From Eledone cirrhosa (taxonomy: Eukaryota), in the NCBI GenBank assembly GCA_964016885.1, contig OZ024740.1, positions 439,394,001-439,458,000 on the forward strand: DNA of 64,000 nucleotides, given 5' to 3'. Made by a program: the position numbers and the translations under genes. Below the pieces are notes generated by a model. It was given only the letters and a program-made list of their open reading frames with translations. It was not told where the DNA came from and searched no databases. Of this stretch, positions 17,831 through 35,700 are shown piece by piece. How positions within the stretch are numbered: position 1 is the stretch's first letter; each line of letters starts with the position of its first letter.

Positions 17831-20800
17831 TAGACAATAGATTATATAGACAACAGACGATATAGACAACACTTTATATAGACAAGAGATGATATAGACA
17901 ACAGATGATATAGACAGCAGATGATAAAGACTACAGATGATATAGACAATACCTGATATAGACAACACATGATATATACATCAGATGATATAGACAACAA
18001 ATGATATAGACAAAACCTGATATAGACAACACATGATATATACAACAGATGATATAGACAACAAATGATATAGACAACACATGATATACACATCACAAGA
18101 TATAGATAATAGATGATATAGACAACAGATGATATAGACAACAGATGATATAGACAAAAAATGAATAGACAACAAATGATATAGACAACAGATGAAATAG
18201 ACAACAGATGATATAGACAACACCTGATATAGACAACAGATGATATAGACAATAGATGATATAGACAACAGATGATATAGACAATAGATGATATAGAAAA
18301 CAGATGATATAGACATCACCTGATATAGACAACACCTGATATAGACAACAAATGATATAGACCACACATGATATAGACAACAGATTATATAGACTACATA
18401 TGTTATAAACACCAGATGATATAGACAACAGATGATATAGACAACAGATAATATAGACAACAGTTGATATAGACAACAGATGATATTGACAACAGATGAT
18501 AGAGGCAAAATATGATATAGACAACACATGATATAGACAACACATGATATAGATAATAGGTGATATAGACAACAGATGATATAGGCAACAGATAATATAG
18601 ACAACAGATGAAATAGACAACACATGATGTAGACAAAAGTTGATATAGCCAAGAGTTGATATAGACAACAGAGGATATAGAAAACACATAATATTGACAA
18701 CACATGATATAGACAACAGATGAATAGACAACAGATGATATAGACAACAGATGATATAGACAACACATGATATACACAACTGATGAATAGACAACAGATG
18801 ATATAGACAACACATGATATAGACAACACATGATTTAGACAACAGATGATATAGACAACAGATGATATAGACAACAGATTAATAGAGAACAAATGATATA
18901 GGCAACAGATGATATAGACAACAGATGATATTGACAACAGATGATATAGGCAACAGATCATATAGACAGCAGATGATATAGACAACACATGATATAGACA
19001 ACACATGATATAGCCAACAGTTGATATAGACAACAACGGATATAGACAACACATAATATTGACAACACATGATGTAGACAACAGATGAATAGACAACAGA
19101 TGATATAGACAACACATGATATAGACAACAGATGAATAGACAACGGATGATATAGACAACACATGATATAGGCAACACATGATTTATACAACAGATGATA
19201 TAGACAACAGATGATATAGACAACAGATGAATAGACAACAAATGATATAGACAACAGATGATATAGACAACAGATGATATAGACAACAGATGATAGAGAC
19301 AACAGATGATATAGGCAACATACGATATAGACAACAGATGATATAGACAACACAAGATATAAACAATAGATGATAAAGACAACAGATGATATAGACATCA
19401 CCTGATATAGACAATACCTGATATAGACAACAGATGATATAGACAACACAGGATATAGACAACAGATGATATAGACTACATATGATATAGACAACAGATG
19501 ATATATACAATAGATTATATAGACAACAGACGATATAGACAATAGTTGATATAGACAACAGATGATAGAGACAACAGATGATATAGACAACAGATGATAT
19601 AGACTAGAGATGATATAGACACCAAATGATATAGACAACACCTGATATAGACAACACATGATATATACAAGAGAATATTTAAACAACAAATGATATAGAC
19701 AAAACCTGATATAGACAACACATGATATATACAACAGATGATATAGACAACAGATGATATAGACAACAGATGATATAGACAACACATGATATAGATAATA
19801 GATGATATAGGCAACAGATGATATATACAAAAGATGATATAGACAACAGATGATATAGACAACACATGAAATAGACAATAGATTATATAGACAACAGACG
19901 ATATATACAACAGTTGATATAGACAACAGATGATATAGACAACAGATGATATAGCCAACAGATGATATAGACTACCAATTATATAGGCAACACAGGATAT
20001 AGACAACAGATGATATAGACTACATATGATATAGTCAACAGATGCTATAGACAACAGATGATATAGACAACACATGATATAGATAATCGATGATATAGGC
20101 CACAGATGATATAGACAATAGATGATATAGACTAGAGATGATATAACAACAGTTGATATAGACAACACATGATATAGACAATAGATTATATAGACAACAG
20201 ACGATATAGACAACACTTGATATAGACAACAGATGATATAGACAACAGATGATATAGAGAGCAGATGATATAGACTACAGATGATATAGACAACAAATGA
20301 TATAGACAATACCTGATATAGAAAACACATGATATATACAACAAATCATATAGACAACAAATGATATAGATAAAACCTGATATAGACAACACATGATATA
20401 TACAACAGATGATATAGACAACAAATGATATAGACAACACATGATATAGACATCACAGGATATAGATAATAGATGATATAGACAACAGATGATATAGACA
20501 ACAGATGATATAGACAAAAAATGAATAGACAACAAATGATATAGACAACAGATGAAATATACAACAGATGATATAGACAACACCTGATATAGACAACAGA
20601 TGATATAGACAATAGATGATATAGACAACAGATGATATAGACATCACCTGATATAGACAACACTTGATATAGACAACAAATGATATAGACAACACATGAT
20701 ATAGACAACAGATGATATAGACAACAGATGATATAGACAACAGATAATATAGACAACAGTTGATATAGACAACAGATGATATTGACAACAGATGATAGAG

Positions 20801-20899
20801 GCAAAATATGATATAGACAACACATCATATAGACATCACATGATATAGATAATAGATGATATAGACAACAGATGATATAGGCAACAGATAATATAGACA

Positions 20900-23800
20900 A
20901 CAGATGAAATAGACAACACATGATGTAGACAAAGGTTGATATAGCCAACAGTTGATATAGACAACAGAGGATATAGAAAACACATAATATTGACAACACA
21001 TGATATAGACAACAGATGAATAGACAACAGATGATATAGACAACAGATGATATAGACAACACATGATATACACAACAGATGAATAGACAACAGATGATAT
21101 AGACAACACATGATATAGACAACACATGATTTAGACAACAGATGATATAGACAACAGATGATATAGACAACAGATTAATAGACAACAAATGATATAGGCA
21201 ACAGATGATATAGACAACAAATGATATAGACAAGAGATGATAGAGACAACAGATGATATAGGCAACATACGATATAGACGATAGATGATATAGACAACAC
21301 ATGATATAATCAATAGATGATATAGACAGCAGATGATATAGACAACAGTTGATATAGACATCACCTGATATAGACAATACCTGATATAGACAACAGATGA
21401 TATAGACAACACAGGATATAGACAAGAGATGATATAGACTACATATGATCTAGACAGCAGATGATATAGACAAGACATGTATAGATAATAGATGATACAG
21501 GCAACAGATGATATAGACAACACATGATATAGACAACAGTTGATATAGACAACAGCGGATATAGACAACACATGATATAGACAACACATGATATAGTTAA
21601 TAGATGATATAGGCAACAGATGATATAGACAACAGATGATATAGACGACACATGATATAGACAACAGTTAATATAGACAACAGTTGATATAGACAACAGA
21701 TAATATAGACAACAGATGATATTGACAACAGATGATATAGGCAACAGATGATATAGACAACAGATGATATAGACAACACATGATATAGACAGCAGATGAT
21801 ATAGACAACAGTTCATATAGACAACAGAGGATATAGACAACACATGATATAGACAACACATGATATAGACAACACATGATATAGATAATAGATGATATAG
21901 ACAGCAGATGATATAGGCAACAGATCATATAGACAACAGATGAAATAGACAACACATGATATAGACTAAAGTTGATATAGACAACAGAGGATTTAGACAA
22001 CACATAATATTGACAACACATGATATATACAACAGATGAATAGACAACAGATGATATAGACAACAGATGATATAGACAACACATGATATACACAACAGAT
22101 GAATAGACAACAGATAATATAGACAACACATGATATAGACAACAAATGATTTAGACAACAGATGATATTGACAACAGATGATATAGACAACAGATGAATA
22201 GACAACAGATGATATAGACAACAGATGATATAGACAACAGATGATATAGGCAACAGTTGATATAGACAACAGAGGATATAGTCAACACATGATATAGACA
22301 ACAGATGATATGGAAAACAGATGATATAGACAACACATGATATAGATAATAGATGATATAGACAACAGATGATATAGACAACAGATGATTTAGACAACAG
22401 ATGAATAGATAACAAATGATATAGACAACAAATGATATAGACAACAGATGAGAGAGACAACAGATGATATAGGCAACATATGATATAGACAACAGATGCT
22501 ATAGACAACACATGATATAGACAACATATGATATAGACAATGGTGATAGAGACAACATATGATATAGACAAAATATGATATAGACAACACATGATATAGA
22601 CAACAGATGATATAGACAGCAGATGATATAGACAACAGTTGATATAGAAAACAAATGATATAGACAAGAGATGATATAGATAACACATGATATAGACAAC
22701 AGATGATATAGACAACAGATGATATAGACAACACATGATATAGACAACAGATGATATATAATAGATGATATAAACAACAGATGATATAGACAACAGATGA
22801 AATAGACAACAGATAATATAGACAACAGTTGATATAGACAACAGATAATATAGACAACAGTTGATATAGACAACAGATAATATAGACAACAGATGATATT
22901 GACAACAGATGATATAGACAGCAGATGATAAAGACTACAGATGATATAGACAACAAATGATATAGACAATACCTGATATAGACAACACATGATATATACA
23001 TCAGATGATATAGACAACAAATGATATAGACAAAACCTGATATAGACAACACATGATATATACAACAGATGATATAGACAACAAATGATATAGACAACAC
23101 ATGATATAGACATCACAGGATATAGATAATAGATGATATAGACAACAGATGATATAGACAAAAAATGAATAGACAACAAATGATATAGACAACAGATGAA
23201 ATAGAGAACAGATGATATAGACAACACCTGATATAGACAACAGATGATATAGACAATAGATGATATAGACAACAGATGATATAGACAATAGATGATATAG
23301 AAAACAGATGATATAGACATCACCTGATATAGACAACACCTGATATAGACAACAAATGATATAGACAACACATGATATAGACAACAGGTTATATAGACTA
23401 CATATGTTATAAACACCAGATGATATAGACAACAGATGATATAGACAACAGATAATATAGACAACAGTTGATATAGACAACAGATGATATTGACAACAGA
23501 TGATAGAGGCAAAATATGATATAGACAACAGATGATATAGACAACACATGATATAGATAATAGGTGATATAGACAACAGATGATGTAGGCAACAGATAAT
23601 ATAGACAACAGATGAAATAGACAACACATGATGTAGACAAAAGTTGATATAGCCAACAGTTGATATAGACAACAGAGGATATAGAAAACACATAATATTG
23701 ACAACACATGATATAGACAACAGATGAATAGACAACAGATGATATAGACAACAGATGATATAGACAACACATGATATACACAACAGATGAATAGACAACA

Positions 23801-26800
23801 GATGATATAGACAACACATGATATAGACAACACATGATTTAGACAACAGATGATATAGACAACAGATGATATAGACAACAGATTAATAGACAACAAATGA
23901 TATAGGCAACAGATGATATAGACAACAAATGATATAGACAAGAGATGATAGAGACAACAGATGATATAGGCAACATACGATATAGACGATAGATGATATA
24001 GACAACACATGATATAATCAATAGATGATATAGACAGCAGATGATATAGACAACAGTTGATATAGACATCACCTGATATAGACAATACCTGATATAGACA
24101 ACAGATGATATAGACAACACAGGATATAGACAAGAGATGATATAGACTACATATGATCTAGACAGCAGATGATATAGACATCACAGGATATAGATAATAG
24201 ATGATATAGACAACAGATGATATAGACAAAACCTGATATAGACAACACATGATATATACATCAGATGATATAGACAACAAATGATATAGACAAAACCTGA
24301 TATAGACAACACATGATATATACAACAGATGATATAGACAACAAATGATATAGACAACACATGATATAGACATCACAGGATATAGATAATAGATGATATA
24401 GACAACAGATGATATAGACAAAAAATGAATAGACAACAAATGATATAGACAACAGATGAAATAGACAACAGATGATATAGACAACACCTGATATAGACAA
24501 CAGATGATATAGACAATAGATGATATAGACAACAGATGATATAGACAATAGATGATATAGAAAACAGATGATATAGACATCACCTGATATAGACAACACC
24601 TGATATAGACAACAAATGATATAGACAACACATGATATAGACAACAGGTTATATAGACTACATATGTTATAAACACCAGATGATATAGACAACAGATGAT
24701 ATAGACAACAGATAATATAGACAACAGTTGATATAGACAACAGATGATATTGACAACAGATGATAGAGGCAAAATATGATATAGACAACAGATGATATAG
24801 ACAACACATGATATAGATAATAGGTGATATAGACAACAGATGATGTAGGCAACAGATAATATAGACAACAGATGAAATAGACAACACATGATGTAGACAA
24901 AAGTTGATATAGCCAACAGTTGATATAGACAACAGAGGATATAGAAAACACATAATATTGACAACACATGATATAGACAACAGATGAATAGACAACAGAT
25001 GATATAGACAACAGATGATATAGACAACACATGATATACACAACAGATGAATAGACAACAGATGATATAGACAACACATGATATAGACAACACATGATTT
25101 AGACAACAGATGATATAGACAACAGATGATATAGACAACAGATTAATAGACAACAAATGATATAGGCAACAGATGATATAGACAACAAATGATATAGACA
25201 AGAGATGATAGAGACAACAGATGATATAGGCAACATACGATATAGACGATAGATGATATAGACAACACATGATATAATCAATAGATGATATAGACAGCAG
25301 ATGATATAGACAACAGTTGATATAGACATCACCTGATATAGACAATACCTGATATAGACAACAGATGATATAGACAACACAGGATATAGACAAGAGATGA
25401 TATAGACTACATATGATCTAGACAGCAGATGATATAGACAAGACATGTATAGATAATAGATGATACAGGCAACAGATGATATAGACAACACATGATATAG
25501 ACAACAGTTGATATAGACAACAGCGGATATAGACAACACATGATATAGACAACACATGATATAGTTAATAGATGATATAGGCAACAGATGATATAGACAA
25601 CAGATGATATAGACGACACATGATATAGACAACAGTTAATATAGACAACAGTTGATATAGACAACAGATAATATAGACAACAGATGATATTGACAACAGA
25701 TGATATAGGCAACAGATGATATAGACAACAGATGATATAGACAACACATGATATAGACAGCAGATGATATAGACAACAGTTCATATAGACAACAGAGGAT
25801 ATAGACAACACATGATATAGACAACACATGATATAGACAACACATGATATAGATAATAGATGATATAGACAGCAGATGATATAGGCAACAGATCATATAG
25901 ACAACAGATGAAATAGACAACACATGATATAGACTAAAGTTGATATAGACAACAGAGGATTTAGACAACACATAATATTGACAACACATGATATATACAA
26001 CAGATGAATAGACAACAGATGATATAGACAACAGATGATATAGACAACACATGATATACACAACAGATGAATAGACAACAGATGATATAGACAACACATG
26101 ATATAGACAACAAATGATTTAGACAACAGATGATATTGACAACAGATGATATAGACAACAGATGAATAGACAACATATGATATAGACAACAGATGATATA
26201 GACAACAGATGATATAGGCAACAGTTGATATAGACAACAGAGGATATAGTCAACACATGATATAGACAACAGATGATATGGAAAACAGATGATATAGACA
26301 ACACATGATATAGATAATAGATGATATAGACAACAGATGATATAGACAACAGATGAATAGATAACAAATGATATAGTCAACAAATGATATAGACAACAGA
26401 TGAGAGAGACAACAGATGATATAGGCAACATATGATATAGACAACAGATGCTATAGACAACACATGATATAGACAACATATGATATAGACAATGGTGATA
26501 GAGACAACATATGATATAGACAAAATATGATATAGACAACACATGATATAGACAACAGATGATATAGACAGCAGATGATATAGACAACAGTTGATATAGA
26601 AAACAAATGATATAGACAAGAGATGATATAGATAACACATGATATAGACAACAGATGATATAGACAACAGATGATATAGACAACACATGATATAGACAAC
26701 AGATGATATATAATAGATGATATAAACAACAGATGATATAGACAACAGATGAAATAGACAACAGATAATATAGACAACAGTTGATATAGACAACAGATAA

Positions 26801-29700
26801 TATAGACAACAGTTGATATAGACAACAGATAATATAGACAACAGATGATATTGACAACAGATGATATAGACAGCAGATGATAAAGACTACAGATGATATA
26901 GACAACAAATGATATAGACAATACCTGATATAGACAACACATGATATATACATCAGATGATATAGACAACAAATGATATAGACAAAACCTGATATAGACA
27001 ACACATGATATATACAACAGATGATATAGACAACAAATGATATAGACAACACATGATATAGACATCACAGGATATAGATAATAGATGATATAGACAACAG
27101 ATGATATAGACAAAAAATGAATAGACAACAAATGATATAGACAACAGATGAAATAGACAACAGATGATATAGACAACACCTGATATAGACAACAGATGAT
27201 ATAGACAATAGATGATATAGACAACAGATGATATAGACAATAGATGATATAGAAAACAGATGATATAGACATCACCTGATATAGACAACACCTGATATAG
27301 ACAACAAATGATATAGACAACACATGATATAGACAACAGGTTATATAGACTACATATGTTATAAACACCAGATGATATAGACAACAGATGATATAGACAA
27401 CAGATAATATAGACAACAGTTGATATAGACAACAGATGATATTGACAACAGATGATAGAGGCAAAATATGATATAGACAACAGATGATATAGACAACACA
27501 TGATATAGATAATAGGTGATATAGACAACAGATGATGTAGGCAACAGATAATATAGACAACAGATGAAATAGACAACACATGATGTAGACAAAAGTTGAT
27601 ATAGCCAACAGTTGATATAGACAACAGAGGATATAGAAAACACATAATATTGACAACACATGATATAGACAACAGATGAATAGACAACAGATGATATAGA
27701 CAACAGATGATATAGACAAAACATGATATAGACAACAGATGAATAGACAACGGATGATATAGACAACACATGATATAGACAACACATGATTTATACAACA
27801 GATGATATAGACAACAGATGATATAGACAACAGATGAATAGACAACAAATGATATAGACAACAGATGATATAGCCAACAGATGATATAGACAACAGATGA
27901 TAGAGACAACAGATGATATAGGCAACATACGATATAGACAACAGATGATATAGACAACACATGATATAAACAATAGATGATATAGACAGCAGATGATATG
28001 ACAACAGTTGATATAGACAACATATGATATAGACAACAGATGATATAGACATCACCTGATATAGACAATACCTGATATAGACAACAGATGATATAGACAA
28101 CACAGGATATAGACAACATATGATATACACTACATATGATATAGACAACAGATGATATATACAATAGATTATATAGACAACAGACGATATAGACAACAGT
28201 TGATATAGACAACAGATGATATAGACAACAGATGATATAGACAACAGATGATATAGACTAGAGATGATATAGACACCAAATGATATAGACAACACCTGAT
28301 ATAGACAACACATCATATATACAAGAGATGATATAGACAGCAGATGATATAGACAACAGATGATATAGACAACTAATGATATAGATAATAGATGATATAG
28401 GCAACAGATGATATAGACAATAGATGATATAGACAACAGATGATATAGACAACACATGATATAGACAATAGATTATATAGACAACAGACGATATAGACAA
28501 CAGTTGATATAGACAACAGATGATATAGCCAACAGATGATATAGACTACAGATTATATAGGCAACACAGGATATATACAACAGATGATATAGACTACATA
28601 TGATATAGACAACAGATGCTATAGACAACAGATGATATAGACAACACATGATATAGATAATAGATGATATAGGCAACAGATGATATAGACAATAGATGAT
28701 ATAGACTAGAGATGATATAACAACAGTTGATATAGACAACACATGATATAGACAATAGATTATATAGACAACAGACGATATAGACAACACTTTATATAGA
28801 CAAGAGTTGATATAGACAACAGATGATATAGACAGCAGATGATAAAGACTACAGATGATATAGACAACAAATGATATAGACAATACCTGATATAGACAAC
28901 ACATGATATATACATCAGATGATATAGACAACAAATGATATAGACAAAACCTGATATAGACAACACATGATATATACAACAGATGATATAGACAACAAAT
29001 GATATAGACAACACATGATATAGACATCACAGGATATAGATAATAGATGATATAGACAACAGATGATATAGACAAAAAATGAATAGACAACAAATGATAT
29101 AGACAACAGATGAAATAGACAACAGATGATATAGACAACACCTGATATAGACAACAGATGATATAGACAATAGATGATATAGACAACAGATGATATAGAC
29201 AATAGATGATATAGAAAACAGATGATATAGACATCACCTGATATAGACAACACCTGATATAGACAACAAATGATATAGACAACACATGATATAGACAACA
29301 GGTTATATAGACTACATATGTTATAAACACCAGATGATATAGACAACAGATGATATAGACAACAGATAATATAGACAACAGTTGATATAGACAACAGATG
29401 ATATTGACAACAGATGATAGAGGCAAAATATGATATAGACAACAGATGATATAGACAACACATGATATAGATAATAGGTGATATAGACAACAGATGATGT
29501 AGGCAACAGATAATATAGACAACAGATGAAATAGACAACACATGATGTAGACAAAAGTTGATATAGCCAACAGTTGATATAGACAACAGAGGATATAGAA
29601 AACACATAATATTGACAACACATGATATAGACAACAGATGAATAGACAACAGATGATATAGACAACAGATGATATAGACAACACATGATATACACAACTG
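20900..29700. repeat. Nested higher-order duplications, periods 1260, 3968/3952 and 1962 bp
   Basis: ORF-track offsets are +1260 (23001/24261, 23407/24667), +3968 (21131/25099, 21439/25407, 21925/25893), +3952 (23001/26953, 23407/27359) and +1962 (26953/28915, 27359/29321). Confidence 0.85.
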
Positions 29701-32700
29701 ATGAATAGACAACAGATGATATAGACAACAGATTAATAGAGAACAAATGATATAGGCAACAGATGATATAGACAACAGATGATAATGACAACAGATGATA
29801 TAGGCAACAGATCATATAGACAACAGATGATATAGACATCACCTGATATAGACAATACCTGATATAGACAACAGATGATATAGACAACACAGGATATAGA
29901 CAACAGATGATATAGACTACATATGATATAGACAACAGATGATATATACAATAGATTATATAGACAACAGACGATATAGACAACAGTTGATATAGACAAC
30001 AGATGATAGAGACAACAGATGATATAGACAACAGATGATATAGACTAGAGATGATATAGACACCAAATGATATAGACAACACCTGATATAGACAACACAT
30101 GATATATACAAGAGAATATTTAAACAACAAATGATATAGACAAAACCTGATATATACAACAGATGATATAGACAACAGATGATATAGACAACAGATGATA
30201 TAGACAACAGATGATATAGATAATAGATGATATAGGCAACAGATGATATATACAATAGATGATATAGACAACAGATGATATAGACAACACATGAAATAGA
30301 CAATAGATTATATAGACAACAGACGATATATACAACAGTTGATATAGACAACACATGATATAGACAACAGATGATATAGCCAACAGATGATATAGACTAC
30401 CAATTATATAGGAAACACAGGATATAGACAACAGATGATATAGACTACATATGATATAGACAACAGATGCTATAGACAACAGATGATATAGACAACACAT
30501 GATATATATAATCGATGATATAGGCAACAGATGATATAGACAATAGATGATATAGACTAGAGATGATATAACAACAGTTGATATAGACAACACATGATAT
30601 AGACAATAGATTATATAGACAACAGACGATATAGACAACACTTGATATAGACAACAGATGATATAGACAACAGATGATATAGACAGCAGATGATATAGAC
30701 TACAGATGATATAGACAACAAATGATATAGACAATACCTGATATAGACAACACATGATATATACAAAAGATGATATAGACAAAACCTGATACAGACAACA
30801 CATGATATATACAACAGATGATATAGACAACACATGATATAGACATCACAGGATATAGATAATAGATGATATAGACAACAGATGATATAGACAACAGATG
30901 ATATAGACAAAAAATGAATAGACAACAAATGATATAGACAACAGATGAAATAGACAACAGATGTTATAGACAACACCTGATATAGACAACAGATGATATA
31001 GACAATAGATGATATAGACAACAGATGATATAGACATCACCTGATATAGACAACACCTGATATAGGCAACAGATGATATAGTCATCAGATAATATAGACA
31101 ACAGTTGATATAGACAACAGATGATATTGACAACAGATGATAGAGGCAAAATATGATATAGACAACACATGATATAGACAACACATGATATAGATAATAG
31201 ATGATATAGACAACAGATGATATAGGCAACAGATAATATAGACAACAGATGAAATAGACAACACATGATGTAGACAAAAGTTGATATAGCCAACAGTTGA
31301 TATAGACAACAGAGGATATAGAAAACACATAATATTGACAACACATGATATAGACAACAGATGAATAGACAACAGATGATATAGACAACAGATGATATAG
31401 ACAACACATGATATACACACAGATGAATAGACAACAGATGTTATAGACAACACATGATATAGACAACACATGATTTAGACAACAGATGATATAGACAACA
31501 GATGATATAGACAACAGATTAATAGACAACAAATGATATAGGCAACAGATGATATAGACAACAAATGATATAGACAAGAGATGATAGAGACAAAAGATGA
31601 TATAGGCAACATACGATATAGACGATAGATGATATAGACAACACATGATATAATCAATAGATGATATAGACAGCAGATGATATAGACAACAGTTGATATA
31701 GACAACATATGATATAGACAACAGATGATATAGACATCACCTGACATAGACAATACCTGATATAGACAACAGATGATATAGACAACACAGGATATAGAAA
31801 AGAGATGATATAGACTACATATGATCAACAGATGATATAGACAAGACATGTATAGATAATAGATGATACAGGCAACAGATGATATAGACAACACATGATA
31901 TAGACAACAGTTGATATAGACAACAGCGGATATAGACAACACATGATATAGACAACACATGATATAGATAATAGATGATATAGGCAACAGATGATATAGA
32001 CAACAGATGATATAGACGACACATGATATAGACAACAGTTAATATAGACAACAGTTGATATAGACAACAGATAATATAGACAACAGATGATATTGACAAC
32101 AGATGATATAGGCAACAGATGATATAGACAACAGATGATATAGACAACACATGATATAGACAGCAGATGATATAGACAACAGTTGATATAGACAACAGAG
32201 GATATAGACAACACATGATATAGACAACACATGATATAGACAACACATAATATAGATAATAGATGATATAGACAACAGTTGATATAGACAACAGATAATA
32301 TAGACAACACATGATATAGACAACAGTTGATATAGCCAACAGTTGATATAGACAACAGAGGATATAGACAACACATAATATTGACAGCAGATGATATAGA
32401 CAACAGTAGATATAGACAACAGAGGATATAGACCACACATGATATAGGCAACACATGATATACACAACAATTGAATAGACAACAGATGATATAGACAACA
32501 GATGATATAGACAACACAGGATTTAGACAACATATGATATAGACAACAGATGATATAGACAACAGATGAATAGACAACAAATGATGTAGGCAACAGATGA
32601 TATAGTCAACAGATGATATAGACAACAGATGATAGAGACAACAGATGATATAGGCAACATACGATATAGACAACAGATGATATAGACAACACATGATATA

Positions 32701-35700
32701 AAAAATAGATGATATAGATAGCAGATGATATAGACAACAGTTGATATAGACAACATATGATATAGACAACATATAATATAACATCACCTGATATAGACAA
32801 TACCTGATATAGACAACAGATGATATAGTCAACACAGGATATAGACAACAGATGATATAGACAACAGATGATATAACAACAGATGATATAGACAACAAAT
32901 GATATAGACAATAGATTATATAGACAACAGACGATATAGACAACAGTTGATATAGACAACAGATGATATAGACAACAGATGATACAGACAACAGATGATA
33001 TAGACTACAGATGATATGGACAACAAATGATATAGACAACAACTGATATAGACAACACATGATATTGATAATAGATGATATTGACAACAGATGATATAGG
33101 CAACAGATGATATAGACAACAGATGATATAGACAACTCATGATATAGACAGCAGATGATATAGACTACAGTTGATATAGACAACAGAGGTATAGTCAACA
33201 CAAGATATAGACAACAGATGATATAGAAAACAGATGATATAGACAACACATGATATAGATAATAGATGATATATACAACAGATGATATAGACAACAGATG
33301 ATATAGACAACAGATTAATATAGACAACAGTTGATATAGACAACAGATAATATAGACAACAGATGATATTGACAACAGATGATATAGGCAACAGATCATA
33401 TAGACAACAGATGATATAGACAACACATGATATAGACAACACATGATATAGACAACAGTTGATACAGACAACAGTTGATATAGACAACAGAGGATATAGA
33501 CAACACATAATATTGACAACACATGATATAGACAACAGATGAATAGACAACAGATGATATAGACAACAGACGATATAGACAACACATGATATAGACAACA
33601 GATGAATAGACAACAGATTATATAGACAACACATGATATAGACAACACATGATTTAGACAACAGATGATATAGACAGCAGATGATATAGACAACAGATGA
33701 ATAAACAAATGATATTGACAAAAGATGATAGAGACAACAGATGATATAGGCAACATACGACATGGACAACAGATGATGTAGACAACAGATCATATAGACA
33801 TCACCTGATATAGACAATACCTGATATAGACAACAGACGAAATAGACGACACATGAAATAGACAACAGATGATATAGATTACATATGATGTAGACAACAG
33901 ATGATATAGACAACAGATGTTATAGACAACACATGATATAGATAATATATGATATAGGCAACAGATGATATAGACAACAGATGAAATAGACAATAGATGA
34001 TATAGACTACAGATGATAAAACAACAGATGATATAGACAACACATGATATAGACAATAGATTATATAGACAACAGATGATATATACAACAGTTGATATAG
34101 AAAACAGATGATATAGACAACAGATGATATAGACAACAGATGAATAGATAACAAATGATATAGACAACAGATGATATAGACAACAGATGATAGAGACAAC
34201 ACATGATATAGACAACAGATGATATAGACAACAGATGATATAGACAACATGATATAGACAACAGATGATATAGATAATAGATGATATAGACAACAGACGA
34301 TATAGACAACAGATGAAATAGACAACAGATGATATAGACAACAGATGATATAGACAACAGATGATGTAGACAACAGATGATATAGACAACAGATGATATA
34401 GGCAACATATGATATAGACAAAAGATGATATAGACAAAACATGATATAGACAACAGATGATATAGACAGCAGATGATATAGATAACAGTTGATATATACA
34501 ACAAATGATATAGACAACAGATGATATAGACAACACATGATATAGACAACAGATGATATAGACAACACATGATATAGACAACAGATGATATAGATATTAG
34601 ATGATATAGACAACAGATGATATAGAAAACAGATGAAATAGACAACAGATAATATAGACAACAGTTGATATAGACAACAGATAATATAGACAACAGTTGA
34701 TATAGACAAAAGATAATATAGACAACAGATGATATTGACGACAGATGATATAGGCAACGGATCATATAGACAACAGATGATATAGACAACACATGATATA
34801 GACAACACATGATATAGACAACAGTTGATATAGACAACAGTTGATATAGACAATAGATGATATAGACTACAGATGATATAACAACAGATGATATAGACAA
34901 CACATGATATAGACAATAGATTATATAGACAACAGACGATATAAACAACAGTTGATATAGACAACAGATGATATAGACAAAAGATGATGTAGCCAACATA
35001 TGATATAGACTACAGATGATAGAGGTAACACAGGATATAGACAACAGATGATATAGTCTACATATGATATAGACAACAGATGCTATATACAACAGATGAT
35101 ATAGATAACATATGATATAGATAATAGATGATATAGGCAACAGATGATATAGACAATAGATGATATAGACTAGAGATGATATAACAGTTGATATAGACAA
35201 CACATGATATAGGCAACAGGTCATATAGACAACAGATGATATAGACAACACATGATATAGACAACACATGATATAGACAACAGTTGATATAGACAACAGT
35301 TGATATAGACAACAGAGGATATAGACAAGACATAATATTGACAACACATGATATAGACAACAGATGAATAGGCAACAGATGATATAGACAACAGATGATA
35401 TAGACAACACATGATATAGACAACAGATGAATAGACAAAGGATGATATAGACAACACATGATATAGACAACACATGATTTAGACAACAGATGAATAAACA
35501 ACAAATGATATAGACAACAGATGATATAGACAATAGATGATATAGACAACAGATGATAGAGACAACAGATGATATAGGCAACATACGATATAGACAACAG
35601 ATCATATAGACAACACATGATATAAACAATAGATGATATAGACAGCAGATGATATAGACAACAGTTGATATAGACAACATATGATATAGACAACAGATGA

